Below are positions 11,767-21,345 of a stretch of DNA of 64,000 nt, in pieces (positions within the stretch are counted from its first letter, which is position 1; each line of letters opens with the position of its first letter). The position numbers were made by a program, and so were the translations under genes. The notes under the pieces are model-generated. The model made no database searches. It saw nothing but the letters and a program-made list of their open reading frames with translations, and had not been told where the DNA came from. The DNA comes from Candidatus Poriferisodalis sp. GTDB taxonomy: Bacteria; Actinomycetota; Acidimicrobiia; Acidimicrobiales; Poriferisodalaceae. Location: positions 954,817 through 1,018,816 of the forward strand of contig NZ_OZ253573.1 of NCBI RefSeq assembly GCF_965262965.1, written 5' to 3'.

Positions 11767-12375
11767 GTGGCTGGCGCCATCGACGAGCTGCTGCGGCGTA
11801 TCGCCGCATTCCATCGCAGCCGCCCGGTCGTCCCCGAGTACCCGATGGTCGCTGAGGTGCTCGAAGCACTCGATGCAGCCTCCAGCCCCACTCTGGTCGA
11901 AGCTCGCTACCTGCCGGTGCTGCGGCACCTCGAAGCAGTCGCGCTCAGCGGCGATGAGTCCGTTGATGCCGTGCTCGAGGAGTTCCTCTCCCTCGCCGCC
12001 TCCCTGCCCTGGATTCACACCGCCGGCTACCGCGGCGTGCTGAGCCAGGAATTTCACGACAACTACGGCTATGTCCAGCTGGTCGGTCCGAAGTCGATCG
12101 TCGAGCATCGCTGCGTGCGAGTCGGCATCGCCGTGTGGGGACCGAACCTGCACTACCCCAGCCACCACCACGAAGCCGAGGAGCTGTACCACGTGCTGGC
12201 TGGCGAGCCTTGCTTCAGCACCGATGATGTGCGCCGCACTACCAAACCCGGTGACGCGGTGCATCACGCGCCGTGGCAACCGCACCAGCAGGACTTCGGC
12301 GCCACACCGACGGTGCTCCTTTACTGCTGGACCGGGGCCGTGGTGGCCGACGCCGCGCTCGTGGGTGCGGATTGA
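11767..12375 (+). CDS. Cupin-domain protein resembling the DddL-type DMSP-lyase family
   Basis: 202 aa. Cupin metal motif YPSHHHEAEELYHVLAGE...AVHHAPWQPH. Family assignment is from memory of motifs only. Confidence 0.45.
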   Translation: MAGAIDELLRRIAAFHRSRPVVPEYPMVAEVLEALDAASSPTLVEARYLPVLRHLEAVALSGDESVDAVLEEFLSLAASLPWIHTAGYRGVLSQEFHDNYGYVQLVGPKSIVEHRCVRVGIAVWGPNLHYPSHHHEAEELYHVLAGEPCFSTDDVRRTTKPGDAVHHAPWQPHQQDFGATPTVLLYCWTGAVVADAALVGAD

Positions 12376-12506
12376 CCCACTGGAAGTCGAATGCCGCCGT
12401 CAAAGCACTGGCGGAAATTACCTAGACCGTCCGGAGCAGAAGCGACCAGACCGCTACGAAGGACTCGCTCGGCTCAGCGTCATCGGCGATGGGCCACGCA
12501 GTCTGG

Positions 12507-13715
12507 CTATGGGCTGCGGGCGGTAGCCGGCGCTCGGTTGGCGGGCTTGGTGTTGTGGGGTTCGGGCGGCAGCAGGCGGGGTCGCCCGTCGAGTGGTGTG
12601 TGGATGTAGCGGTCGTGTTGGTGGAGGTCTGTGTGGCAGTCCCAGCACAGAGATGCCAGATTCGGTATGTCGGTGAGGCCGCCGTTCTCGTAGTAGTCGA
12701 TGTAGTGGGCTTGGGTGTGTTCGCTGGTGAACTCGCAGCCGATACAGCCCCCATCGCGTGCAGCCAGGATCAGGCGCTGGGCGTCGCTGGCGTTGCGAGC
12801 CCGCCCCAGCGCCAGCTCGGACCAGTCGGCCTTGAAGATCGTCGGCAGTACTTTGGCGTCGACGGCGTGCTCTGCCAGCATCTGCGCGGACAACGGTGTG
12901 CCGTCGTCGAGGCGGGGATGGGCGAGCCGATCGTTCACGACGTCGTAGTCGGCAATGATCAGCAGGCTCGTGTTGGCCCGCCGCACGCGCTCTGGGCCGC
13001 CGATGAGGTCGCTGATCGCATCCGCGATGAGCTGCGCCTGGGTCGGCTCGACGTCGCCGCTGACGCTGCCGTCGAAGTCGATGCCCACTCCACCAGCGCC
13101 GCTGCCCCCGCTGTTGTGGTCCCCGGCGCGACGGCGCGCTGACCGCACTGCTGCTTGGATCACGGCATTGAGGTGCCGACCGGTCATGAAATCGAACTTG
13201 GCCCACAGATGCCACATTCCGTCGGTGCCCAGCCGCATCGATCCGCTCCGCTGAGCGCGCTGTAGTTCCAGCTCAGCGTCGATCGGGCCGAGGCCCTTTG
13301 CGGCCGCCTCGGCCTCGATATCCGCGTACACCTGCTGGCTCACATACGCGAATGGGTGACGGGCAACGGTTTCGGAGGGGTAGGCGCGGCACAGTTCGAT
13401 GAACTCGGTCTCGCTGCGACGATGCTTCTTGGGCACTTCACGGGCGATCACCCGCGCATGAGACGCCTGAATCTCGCCGGCCCGCAACGCATCGAGCGTG
13501 TCGGTTAATTGCTGCTCGGCCAGACTCTCGGCGAGGCGGGATTCCGAGCGCGCCTGCGAGCTGTTCATCCGCGCTTCTTCGCGCAGCACATGCGCAACAG
13601 CCTGAGAACCGTTGCGAGAAGCCATTTCGCCCACTGCAGCCAGGTACTCACCCTCGATACGGGATCGCTCAGCGACCAGGCGCAACACCCGATCCTTCAG
13701 ATCGCCGTCTCTCAA
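12507..13715 (-). CDS. DUF222 plus HNH endonuclease domain protein (13E12-repeat type)
   Basis: ORF 12507..14006. C-terminal HNH motif CIGCEFTSEHTQAHYIDYYENGG...CWDCHTDLH. The start must lie below 13774; a TTG at 13715 is a guess. Confidence 0.75.
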   Translation of the reverse strand: MRDGDLKDRVLRLVAERSRIEGEYLAAVGEMASRNGSQAVAHVLREEARMNSSQARSESRLAESLAEQQLTDTLDALRAGEIQASHARVIAREVPKKHRRSETEFIELCRAYPSETVARHPFAYVSQQVYADIEAEAAAKGLGPIDAELELQRAQRSGSMRLGTDGMWHLWAKFDFMTGRHLNAVIQAAVRSARRRAGDHNSGGSGAGGVGIDFDGSVSGDVEPTQAQLIADAISDLIGGPERVRRANTSLLIIADYDVVNDRLAHPRLDDGTPLSAQMLAEHAVDAKVLPTIFKADWSELALGRARNASDAQRLILAARDGGCIGCEFTSEHTQAHYIDYYENGGLTDIPNLASLCWDCHTDLHQHDRYIHTPLDGRPRLLPPEPHNTKPANRAPATARSP

Positions 13716-13773
13716 TGCACCGAGATTGCCCGCGGCAAGAACACCGATGGGCGGAGTCTCGAAGGCGCGGGTG

Positions 13774-14217
13774 TTAGGCCTCGGCGACAGCCTTGAGGTT
13801 CTCCAGCGTTTGGGCAATGTTCTGCACCAGGAGGCTGTGACGGTTGTGCTTCTGGAAGAACTCCATGTCGAGAATCGGCGAGTCGAAGCTCTCGGTGACC
13901 CGGCAGCCTGAGCCAGTTGCCTCGATCTCATAGCGCCATAGCGTGCGGCGGCCATCCTGGGCAGGCACTTCGAACGCCCACTCCCGACCTGGCTCGGCAG
14001 CCACAACGATGCAGCCGGCGTCCCACTTCATGTCGCCGTTCTGGTTGTAACCCCGGAACTTCGCCCCGACCTGGGGACCGGTCGAGCCGTCCTCCCACGC
14101 GGACTTGTAGCACTCGGGGCTGATCTCGCTGATCCGGGACAGGTCCGTCAGGATCCCGTACACCGCCTCTGGGCTCGCGGCAATGTCGATGCTGGTGCTT
14201 GCGGTGGTCTCAACCAT
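13774..14217 (-). CDS. SRPBCC-superfamily (polyketide cyclase/dehydrase-like) protein
   Basis: Start MVETTASTSIDIAASPEAVYGILTDL at 14217 inside ORF 13774..14523. Typical SRPBCC N-terminus. Confidence 0.7.
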   Translation of the reverse strand: MVETTASTSIDIAASPEAVYGILTDLSRISEISPECYKSAWEDGSTGPQVGAKFRGYNQNGDMKWDAGCIVVAAEPGREWAFEVPAQDGRRTLWRYEIEATGSGCRVTESFDSPILDMEFFQKHNRHSLLVQNIAQTLENLKAVAEA

Positions 14218-14280
14218 GTGCGTTGTCCTTCTTCGGGAGTGGGAGCAGCGAGAGGCCATCGACATGAAACCCTCGAAATT

Positions 14281-14658
14281 GCGTTCGATTCCAGATGAGG
14301 CCATCTGGCAACATGCCAAGCCCGACCAAGCCGTGACGGCCACCTCTCTGATGGATGAAGTCCTCGAGAGGCACAGGCCGTTTCCAAAGGCGCGCTGCAC
14401 CAAATGGCGGCCTCCGTCAACCGCGCACTTGAGAGCTCCCGGATCGTGGCCAACTGCATCAACCCGGGCCCGGTTGACACCGGGTACGCGACTGGCGACA
14501 TGCATAAAGCGGTGAGCGCGCAATTCCCCGACCAGCGGTGGGGCACCCCAAAGGACATCGCCGACCTCGTCGAGTTCCTAGTCACCGACAGTGGCGGCTG
14601 GATCCGAGGCCAAGTCATCGACGCCGAAGGCGGCTTCGACCGCGTCCGGCAACCCTGA
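14281..14658 (+). pseudogene. 5'-truncated, stop-interrupted short-chain dehydrogenase (SDR) remnant
   Basis: The frame reads ...GHLSDG*SPREAQAVSKGALHQMAASVNRALESSRIVANCINPGPVDTG...GQVIDAEGGF. In-frame TGA at 14356-14358. The catalytic Tyr of YxxxK is replaced by Gln, and there is no Rossmann N-terminus. Confidence 0.6.
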
Positions 14659-14740
14659 TCGGCCGATGACGAGTGCAATCGTTCCATCGAGACTGAGATC
14701 ATCTGCCGAGTTTGGCCAGTCGGGCTGCGGCGAAACCTGC

Positions 14741-14767
14741 TGGCTCGACGAGGGATTCGAACTCGCA
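14741..14767 (-). other. tRNA 3'-end-like remnant (possible relic att site)
   Basis: The minus strand reads GCGAGTTCGAATCCCTCGTCGAGCCA: a T-loop consensus GTTCGAATCC followed by an acceptor-like arm and CCA-like end. No matching 5' half was found. Confidence 0.25.
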
Positions 14768-14809
14768 CGCACTTGAGCAGGGCTGCGACGACGCTGCCCG
14801 TCGGCGACG

Positions 14810-15292
14810 TCAATCGAACTTGATCAGCGACCGGACGACCCTGCCTGCGCGCATGTCAGCGAAGCCGTCGTTGATCTGATCGAGGGTGATCACCGCCGAC
14901 ACCCATTCATCGAGATGCAACCGGCCTTGGAGATACATCTCGACGAGCCGCGGCATGTCAATGCGGAATCGGTTCGATCCCATCGCCGATCCCTTCAGCG
15001 TGCGGCCCCGCAACAGGTGCATCCCGTCAACGGAGATCTTCTGATCCGCCGGGATCATGCCGACGATGGTGGCGGTTCCGCCGAGGGCCAGCATGCCAAA
15101 TGCCTGCTCGGCAGTGGTGTTCATGCCCAGGCATTCGATTGCGTGGTGCACTCCCCCGCCGGTCAGGTCCAGCACCGCCTCGATAGGGTCCGATTCAAGC
15201 GGATTCACCGCATCGGTTGCGCCGAGCATGCGCGCCAGCTGCAGCTTGTCGGGATTCGTATCGATGGCAATTACTCGGCCCGGGCCGCTCTG
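14810..15292 (-). pseudogene. C-terminal half of a Zn-dependent alcohol dehydrogenase; N-terminal catalytic domain missing
   Basis: Reads QSGPGRVIAIDTNPDKLQLARMLGATDAVNP...GRVVRSLIKFD. Homology ends at an in-frame TGA (15295-15293), 44 nt from the stop of the next gene. Confidence 0.7.
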
Positions 15293-15338
15293 TCAGGGAG
15301 GTTGGCACAGAACATCGGACGCAGGTGCGGCCCACGGC

Positions 15339-16293
15339 TCAACGCGCAATCCACCAAGAGAGTGGTTCGCTGAACTGGCACACCCCGAAGCTGACCTCGG
15401 TGAGCTCTTGTGACGCGTCCCACGGCCGCCCTTGCAGCTCCGCATCACGTGACCGGTCGCTTGACGGCACCAAGACCGGATGGCCGCGCATCTCCATGAA
15501 GCCGTCCGGCCCGTAGAACTGGCCGCCGGAAGCGGCGGGATCGGTCGCGGCCCGCAGCGTCGCAAGGGCGCCCATGGCTGCGCTGTGCCGCAACGGCCCG
15601 ATCAGCGGACGGATAATCCGTATACCCGGGAAATGTCGCAGGATCCCCGTTTCGGACCAGCCCGGATGGGCCGCTAGCGCCACAGTCAGAGCCCCTGCGG
15701 CCACCAACCGGCGCTGCAGCTCGCGGGTGAACAGCAGGTTCGCCAGCTTCGAGCGCCCGTACGCGGCGGACTGGCTGCGACCCTGCTCAGTTCCGAGACG
15801 GTCGAAGTCGATTCGCGACCGGTACCGGTGAGCGTTGCTGCTCACCATCACCACCCGCGACCCGGCAACAGGCAGCACCCGCGGCAGCAGCAAGCCAGTC
15901 CAGGCGAAGTGGCCGAGATGGTTGGTGCCCATCCGGATCTCGAACCCGTCGGCGGTCTGGCGGCGCGGTGTGCGAAAGACCCCTGCGTTGTTGACGAGTA
16001 GGTCGATGCGCTCGAACCGATCGCGGATGGCCACGACCGCTTCGCGCACCGAGTCCAGCGACGCCAGGTCGAGCTCTTGCAGCACGAGGTCAGCACCGGG
16101 ATGTTCGGCCCGGATGGCATCGGCCGCCGCTCCCCCTTTGTCGAGATCTCGTACCGCAAGCACCACCATCGCACCACGGCCTGCCAAGGCCAGCGCCGTC
16201 TCGAGACCGTTCCCCGAGTTGGTGCCCGTCACAACCGCCACCCCCCCCCGATTGATCAGGAATGTCCGTAGCAGTCCACTTGTCGCTGGTCAC
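15339..16293 (-). CDS. SDR-family oxidoreductase (retinol-dehydrogenase-like) interrupted by a frameshift in a G9 tract
   Basis: The N-terminal 17 codons (GTG 16293, MTSDKWTATDIPDQSG) are in another frame from VAVVTGTNSGNGLE...YGRSK. The two frames meet in the homopolymer at 16241-16249. Confidence 0.75.
16241..16249. repeat. C9/G9 homopolymer at the frameshift site of the SDR gene
   Basis: Nine consecutive C on the plus strand, read directly. G7 or G10 would restore the frame. Confidence 0.9.
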
Positions 16294-16297
16294 AAGA

Positions 16298-18448
16298 TCA
16301 GTCAGTCTGGCGGTAGCCGGCGAAGCGTCGGAGGCGGAGGCTGTTCGTCACGACGAACAGTGACGACACGCCCATGGCGCCGGCGGCGATCATGGGGTTC
16401 AGGATGCCCAACGCCGCAAGCGGGATCGCGGCAGCGTTGTAGGCGAAGGCCCAGAACAAGTTGCCTTTGATCGTCGACAGCGTGCGGCGTGACAGCGCGA
16501 TGGCATCCGCGACAGCACGCAGATCGCCGCTCACGACGGTCAGATCGGAGGCCTCAATGGCCACGTCGGTGCCAGTCCCGACGGCAATGCCGAGATCGGC
16601 CTGAGCGAGCGCCGGGGCGTCGTTGATGCCATCGCCCACCATCGCCACGCGCTTCCCGTCGGCTTGGAGCCCTTGCACGACGGCGGCTTTGTCACCCGGA
16701 TAGACCTCGGCGATCACAGACTCGATGCCGACCTTGGCTGCGACCGTCCGGGCAGTGCGCTCGTTGTCGCCGGTGAGCAGCGTGACCGCCAGACCTTGGT
16801 CGTGCAGTGCCGCAATCGCCTCCTGCGAGGTCGACTTGATGCGGTCGGCGACCACCAGGACAAGCTCGGCTGCGCCATTGCGGCCGGCAAGGACGGCCGT
16901 CGCCCCTGCGGCCTCGGCGCTCCCGGCCAGTTCAGCGACAGGGCCGGGGACTCTGTCGAACAGGCTGCGTCGACCCACTCGGACCTCCACGCCGCCGATC
17001 GTCGCCGTCACTCCGGAGCCCGGCGTGGTCTCAAAGTCATCCACCTTGGCCAACCCGTCGACGGAACCGGCAATCGCTTGAGCAATCGGGTGTTCCGACA
17101 GCGCCTCGGCCGACGCCGCCAGCCGGTGTACCTCGTCACGCTCGGCGGCCGGAAGCTCGCCCGCATGAACGCCGGCGAGCGTCATGGCTCCCTCGGTGAG
17201 CGTGCCGGTCTTGTCCACCAGCACGATGTCCACCGAGCGTGTGTCCTCGAGGACTTCGCCGCCCTTGATGATGACCCCGAGCTGTGCGCCGCGACCGGTC
17301 CCCACCATGATCCCGAGCGGCGTCGCCAACCCGAGGGCACAGGGGCAGGCGATGATCAGTACCGCTACGGCCGCGCTGAACGCTTCACTCGCCGCGTTGC
17401 CCAGCGCCAACCCCGCCACCAGCGTCACGATTCCCGTTACAAGGGCGAAGGGCACGAACACCGCCGCGACCCGATCGGCGAGACGCTGCACCCCTGCCCG
17501 GCTGCCTTGGGCCTGGGTAACGAGCCGGATGATCTGGGCCAGCGCCGTGTCAGCGCCCACCTTCGTCGCCTCGACGACGAGCGAACCGTTCGCATTGATC
17601 GTCGAACCGATCACCTCATCGCCGGGCCCTACCTCGACCGGCACCGGTTCGCCGGTCACCATCGACGCATCGACTGCCGAGTGTCCGTCGACGACCACAC
17701 CGTCAGTGGCGATCCTCTCCCCCGGCCGGACCACGAACCGCATCCCGACCGCCAGATCAGCGAGCTCGATCTCACGCCCGTCGACCAGGCGGGCTGTCCG
17801 CACGCCAAGGTCGGCCAGCGCCCGGATGGCATCACCGGAGCGGCGCTTGGCCCGAAGCTCCAGCCACTTGCCCAGCAAGATCAACGTCACGATCACGGCG
17901 CCGGTCTCGAAGTACACATGGCCATCGCCGACACCGACAATCGACACAGCCAGTGACCAGGCCAGCGCCGACAGCGACCCCATCGACACGAGCGTGTCCA
18001 TCGTGGTGGCGCCGTGCCGCAGGTTCACCGCCGCAGCTCGATGGAACGGCCACCCCGACCCAACGATGACCACAGTTGCCAACGCAGCGACCGGCCATTC
18101 CCAGCCGCCGAACTGCAGCGCCGGGATCATCGAGATCAGCGCCGACGGGACCGCCAGCGCCACGCCGATGACCAGCCGGATCAGCAGGTCCGCCTGGCGT
18201 CGCTGCTCGGCTGCGTCGCCCTCATCGGGGGCGATGACGGAGTAGCCCAGTGCCTTGATCTCCGCTGCGACGAATGCCTCGTCGAGCAATCCGTTATGGG
18301 TGATCGTGGCCCGCCCGGTGGCGAAGTTCACGTTTGCCGTCGCCACGGCATCCATCTCGTCCAATCGGCGCTGAATCCGGCTCGCGCAGGCGGCGCATGT
18401 CATCCCATCGATCGCCAGGTCGGATCGGGCGGTCACATCGGTGGCCAT
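16298..18448 (-). CDS. copA: Copper-translocating P1B-type ATPase
   Basis: 716 aa. N-terminal [12 protein letters not shown] metal-binding domain, CPC transmembrane motif ([13 protein letters not shown]), DKTGTLT phosphorylation site and GDGINDAP. Confidence 0.9.
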   Translation of the reverse strand: MATDVTARSDLAIDGMTCAACASRIQRRLDEMDAVATANVNFATGRATITHNGLLDEAFVAAEIKALGYSVIAPDEGDAAEQRRQADLLIRLVIGVALAVPSALISMIPALQFGGWEWPVAALATVVIVGSGWPFHRAAAVNLRHGATTMDTLVSMGSLSALAWSLAVSIVGVGDGHVYFETGAVIVTLILLGKWLELRAKRRSGDAIRALADLGVRTARLVDGREIELADLAVGMRFVVRPGERIATDGVVVDGHSAVDASMVTGEPVPVEVGPGDEVIGSTINANGSLVVEATKVGADTALAQIIRLVTQAQGSRAGVQRLADRVAAVFVPFALVTGIVTLVAGLALGNAASEAFSAAVAVLIIACPCALGLATPLGIMVGTGRGAQLGVIIKGGEVLEDTRSVDIVLVDKTGTLTEGAMTLAGVHAGELPAAERDEVHRLAASAEALSEHPIAQAIAGSVDGLAKVDDFETTPGSGVTATIGGVEVRVGRRSLFDRVPGPVAELAGSAEAAGATAVLAGRNGAAELVLVVADRIKSTSQEAIAALHDQGLAVTLLTGDNERTARTVAAKVGIESVIAEVYPGDKAAVVQGLQADGKRVAMVGDGINDAPALAQADLGIAVGTGTDVAIEASDLTVVSGDLRAVADAIALSRRTLSTIKGNLFWAFAYNAAAIPLAALGILNPMIAAGAMGVSSLFVVTNSLRLRRFAGYRQTD

Positions 18449-18454
18449 GTGCCC

Positions 18455-18488
18455 ACCCTAAAGGTTCCACTTGACTGGAAGGTCAAGT
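18455..18488 (-). promoter_or_regulatory. MerR-type promoter/operator of copA with an over-long spacer; transcript probably leaderless
   Basis: The minus strand reads TTGACC-(19/20 nt)-TAGGGT, then 6 nt to the ATG. The spacer holds dyads ACTTGAC-N6-GTCAAGT and TTCCA-N6-TGGAA. Confidence 0.6.
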
Positions 18489-18491
18489 CCC

Positions 18492-18893
18492 CTATCGGGT
18501 CTGGCTGATCACCTGGCAGCGGTTGGGGTCAGTACACGACGCCGGGTCGAGACCCTGTGCCCGTTTCAGCAGTGCCGCCAGCTCCTTGCGGGCCGAAACG
18601 AGCTGGGCGATCTGGACGTCGATGGCATCCACTTGGGCCTCGATGAGCGCAGTGGTATGCGCGCACGAACGCTCGCCGACGCTCTTGAGCTCGAGCACCG
18701 AAGAGATCTCGGCCAATGTCAGGCCAGTCGCCTGCGCATCCCTGATGAACTGCAATCGCCCCACAGCGTCGCCCGCATACTCGCGGTACCCGCTCGCTGT
18801 GCGGCCTGGTTCATCGAGCAGACCGATCGACTCGTAATATCGAATCGTCTTCGTGCTCACCCCGCAGCGATCGCCCAATTCCCCGATTCTCAT
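18492..18893 (-). CDS. MerR-family heavy-metal (CueR-like) transcriptional regulator
   Basis: Start MRIGELGDRCGVSTKTIRYYESIGLL at 18893 inside ORF 18492..19127. C-terminal Cys residues (CAHTT..., ASCTDPNRC) could bind metal. Confidence 0.85.
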   Translation of the reverse strand: MRIGELGDRCGVSTKTIRYYESIGLLDEPGRTASGYREYAGDAVGRLQFIRDAQATGLTLAEISSVLELKSVGERSCAHTTALIEAQVDAIDVQIAQLVSARKELAALLKRAQGLDPASCTDPNRCQVISQTR

Positions 18894-18925
18894 ACGCACG
18901 ACCGTACTTGACCTCCCCGCCTCAA

Positions 18926-18941
18926 CCTTCCAGCTGGAAGG
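18926..18941. promoter_or_regulatory. Perfect 16-bp palindrome CCTTCCAGCTGGAAGG upstream of merR
   Basis: Read directly, 33 nt upstream of the merR ATG. It shares the TTCCA/TGGAA half-sites seen in the copA operator. Confidence 0.4.
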
Positions 18942-19020
18942 AATCCCGACGGAGGAATAGAGATGAGAATCACCGCTGTCGTGCTCTCCGAGGTCGGCGG
19001 TCCGCAAGGTCGCCTCGATT

Positions 19021-19443
19021 TCACTCCCGGACGAACTCGGCGACCGTCTCGACGTTGAGCTGACCGGCCAGCCCCGCGGTGCGGTGCATAGAGGCTGCGC
19101 GCCACTCCTCGGAGGACGACATCGCAAGGAGTGCGCCGCGGTTGGGGTACTTGGCGATGGCGACTTCGTCCCACAGGTCCTCGACCTGGCCGAGCGCCAG
19201 GAACGTCACGTCGGCAGCGAACTGGATCTCGCCGCCGTAGTCCCCGATGATCTTCATAACCGCTCGGCCGTACAGCTGGTACGCCTCGTAGCCGGTGAGA
19301 TCGGTTTCCCGCCCATCCTCGTACTCGGCCTTGTCCTTGAACTTCAGCAGGTTGACCATGTAGATCGGCCCGTCGGGACCGGGCTGCATCATCTCGTCGA
19401 TGCGTTCCCGGCGCGTGGGCATCACTTCGTTGACGACCTCCAT
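19021..19443 (-). CDS. DUF1330-like (dimeric alpha/beta-barrel) protein
   Basis: 140 aa. PIYMVNLLKFKDKAEYEDG...WDEVAIAKYPNRGALLAM resembles DUF1330. Confidence 0.55.
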   Translation of the reverse strand: MEVVNEVMPTRRERIDEMMQPGPDGPIYMVNLLKFKDKAEYEDGRETDLTGYEAYQLYGRAVMKIIGDYGGEIQFAADVTFLALGQVEDLWDEVAIAKYPNRGALLAMSSSEEWRAASMHRTAGLAGQLNVETVAEFVRE

Positions 19444-19539
19444 CGGGTCACCCTCCTGTCCTGGGCGTGGGCCCCATCAGTCAACAGCTTCCTTGAGCCA
19501 GAGATCTAGGGTCAGTTCCTCACGACATCGGGGGGACCC

Positions 19540-20565
19540 ATGGCCGATCTGGTGACACGAACCCAAGCAGCGCCCGTCGTGTTGGGTGCAATTGCCTTCG
19601 GTAAGCCCTCCGAAACGACTCGCGACCATCCCCTGGCAGCCGACGACTCGTGCAGTGACCTGCTGCGAGCCTTCGCGGCGCTCGGCGGCGAAGAACTCGA
19701 CACGTCGAGGATGTACCAGAACGGAAACAGCGAGGCGGTCATCGGCCGACTGCTAGCAGGCGCGGGCATCAGGGTGGGCACCAAGTACCACCCCAGCGTC
19801 GACGGAGGACCGGTTGCGCAGATGGAACAGTCGCTCATGGCCCTGCGACGCGACTCGGTGTCGATCTACTACATCCACATGCCCTCGACCGAGATCCCCC
19901 TCGAGGACACGCTCGCCGAGATCAACGACTGTCATGCCGCTGGCCAATTCGAGCGATTCGGCCTTTCGAACTTTCCCGCTTGGCAGGTCGTCGAGATCGC
20001 CCAATACTGCCAGCGCCACCGATACGTGATGCCGACCGTGTACCAGGGGGTGTACAACGCCCTGAATCGCACCGCGGAGTACGAACTCATCCCGGTGCTG
20101 CGCAACTACGGCATCAGCTACTACACGCACGGGTCGCTCGCGAGCGGGTTCCTCACGGGCAAGTACCGCAAGGGTGTCGCACCGGTGAAGGGGGTCGACC
20201 GCTTCGCTCAGTCACGCCGAATCAGGCAGTACGAGGAGCGCTACCTGCACCGCGACGAGATGTTCGCTGCGCTCGATGCCATCACCGCCGCCGCGTCAGA
20301 AGCTGAGCTCAGCACGCTCGAAGCGGCGGTGCGCTGGACCCAACATCACTCCGCAGTCGACGCATCGCTCGGCGATGCGGTGCTCGTCGGCGTGTCACGC
20401 ATCGAACAGCTCGCGCCCATTATGCGGGCGTCAAGGGGCGGCCCGCTGCCGGATGCCCTCGTCGAGGCGTTCGACGTGGCGAACGAGTGCGTGAAGATGA
20501 AGTCCGAGTACTACATGCAATACCCCTACCCCACCGAAGGCAGCCCCTGGCGCTCGCGCTTCTGA
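19540..20565 (+). CDS. Aldo/keto reductase (AKR7/aflatoxin-aldehyde-reductase-like)
   Basis: 341 aa. LDTSRMYQNGNSEAVIG, YYIHMP and GLSNFPAWQV motifs. Confidence 0.85.
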   Translation: MADLVTRTQAAPVVLGAIAFGKPSETTRDHPLAADDSCSDLLRAFAALGGEELDTSRMYQNGNSEAVIGRLLAGAGIRVGTKYHPSVDGGPVAQMEQSLMALRRDSVSIYYIHMPSTEIPLEDTLAEINDCHAAGQFERFGLSNFPAWQVVEIAQYCQRHRYVMPTVYQGVYNALNRTAEYELIPVLRNYGISYYTHGSLASGFLTGKYRKGVAPVKGVDRFAQSRRIRQYEERYLHRDEMFAALDAITAAASEAELSTLEAAVRWTQHHSAVDASLGDAVLVGVSRIEQLAPIMRASRGGPLPDALVEAFDVANECVKMKSEYYMQYPYPTEGSPWRSRF

Positions 20566-20589
20566 CGCGACGCAAGCCCTGCTTGTCGA

Positions 20590-20976
20590 TCAGCCCACCG
20601 CCACGTCGGTCTGCGAGAAATCGTCACCAACGAATAACAGTGGTTGCCCCAGCCGCCGGGAAAGGGCATACGAGAACGTGTCGCCAAAGTTCAGTCCCGC
20701 CTGATGGTTCCCCTTGCCGAACCGACGCCAGCACGCCACGGCTTCGGTTGCGAGGTCGACATCCACTGAGACGACCTCGATCCCAATTCGACTGAGAAGT
20801 TCCTCGAGCAACTGCGTCCCAGCAGGACCCGTCTTGGCCTCGATCACAATTCCCAACTCCACTCGTGTTGCCGCCGAGATCACACAGTGCTCCTCCAGCA
20901 GATGTCGTTCGAGTTCGGCACTGCCAGGCTCGCCGAACAAGACCGCCACGATCGCCGATGTGTCGACGACGATCAC
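20590..20976 (-). CDS. vapC: VapC toxin (PIN domain)
   Basis: 128 aa. MIVVDTSAIVAVL...GDTFSYALS...LLFVGDDFSQTD. Overlaps the vapB stop by 4 nt. Confidence 0.9.
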   Translation of the reverse strand: MIVVDTSAIVAVLFGEPGSAELERHLLEEHCVISAATRVELGIVIEAKTGPAGTQLLEELLSRIGIEVVSVDVDLATEAVACWRRFGKGNHQAGLNFGDTFSYALSRRLGQPLLFVGDDFSQTDVAVG

Positions 20977-21215
20977 GCTGGCAATCCATGCTCGTCGTAG
21001 CCGATGATGTCATCTAGGTCACATTGATCGCGCACCGGCAGACGGCGAAACCGTTCCACGATGTCGCCGAGTCCGAGCGCTCGGCGACGCCGAAGCTCAA
21101 CCTCGAGACGAGCTTCGAGCGAAGCCACTACCGCGTCAGTGATCGACTCCCCCGTCAACGCAGCGAGATCCCGCGCCAACTGGTCCGCTCTCTCGCTCTT
21201 GATGCTCAGTGCCAT
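20973..21215 (-). CDS. vapB: VapB-family antitoxin
   Basis: 80 aa. MALSIKSERADQLARDLAALTGESITDAV is typical of this antitoxin class. An AT-rich inverted repeat AACTA-N7-TAGTT lies directly upstream (21221-21237). Confidence 0.8.
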   Translation of the reverse strand: MALSIKSERADQLARDLAALTGESITDAVVASLEARLEVELRRRRALGLGDIVERFRRLPVRDQCDLDDIIGYDEHGLPA

Positions 21216-21309
21216 AGGAACTAATATATCTAGTTGGGTAGATAGGCGCCTACCATTTGCATGCTCCGCGGGTACCGATACCGCCCGGACCTGAAAGCGG
21301 CCCTACGAG

Positions 21310-21339
21310 GTTCGGTCCAGTTCGGTCCAGTTCGGTCCG
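21310..21339. repeat. Tandem 10-bp repeat GTTCGGTCCA x3
   Basis: Read directly between the methyltransferase stop and the vapBC promoter. Related degenerate units CTTGGTCAGG/CTTGACCGAC follow. Confidence 0.8.
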
Positions 21340-21345
21340 GCTTGG

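Noticed and set aside
14356-14358. In-frame TGA in the SDR remnant as a possible Sec codon
   Set aside because: It is not at a Cys or redox position. The gene also lacks its N-terminus, has a second in-frame TGA stop, and has lost the catalytic Tyr. It is a pseudogene.
15293-15295. In-frame TGA upstream of the Zn-ADH fragment as a possible Sec codon
   Set aside because: The sequence upstream of the TGA (..SDVLCQPP) shows no ADH homology and overlaps the 3' end of the SDR gene. The gene is simply truncated.
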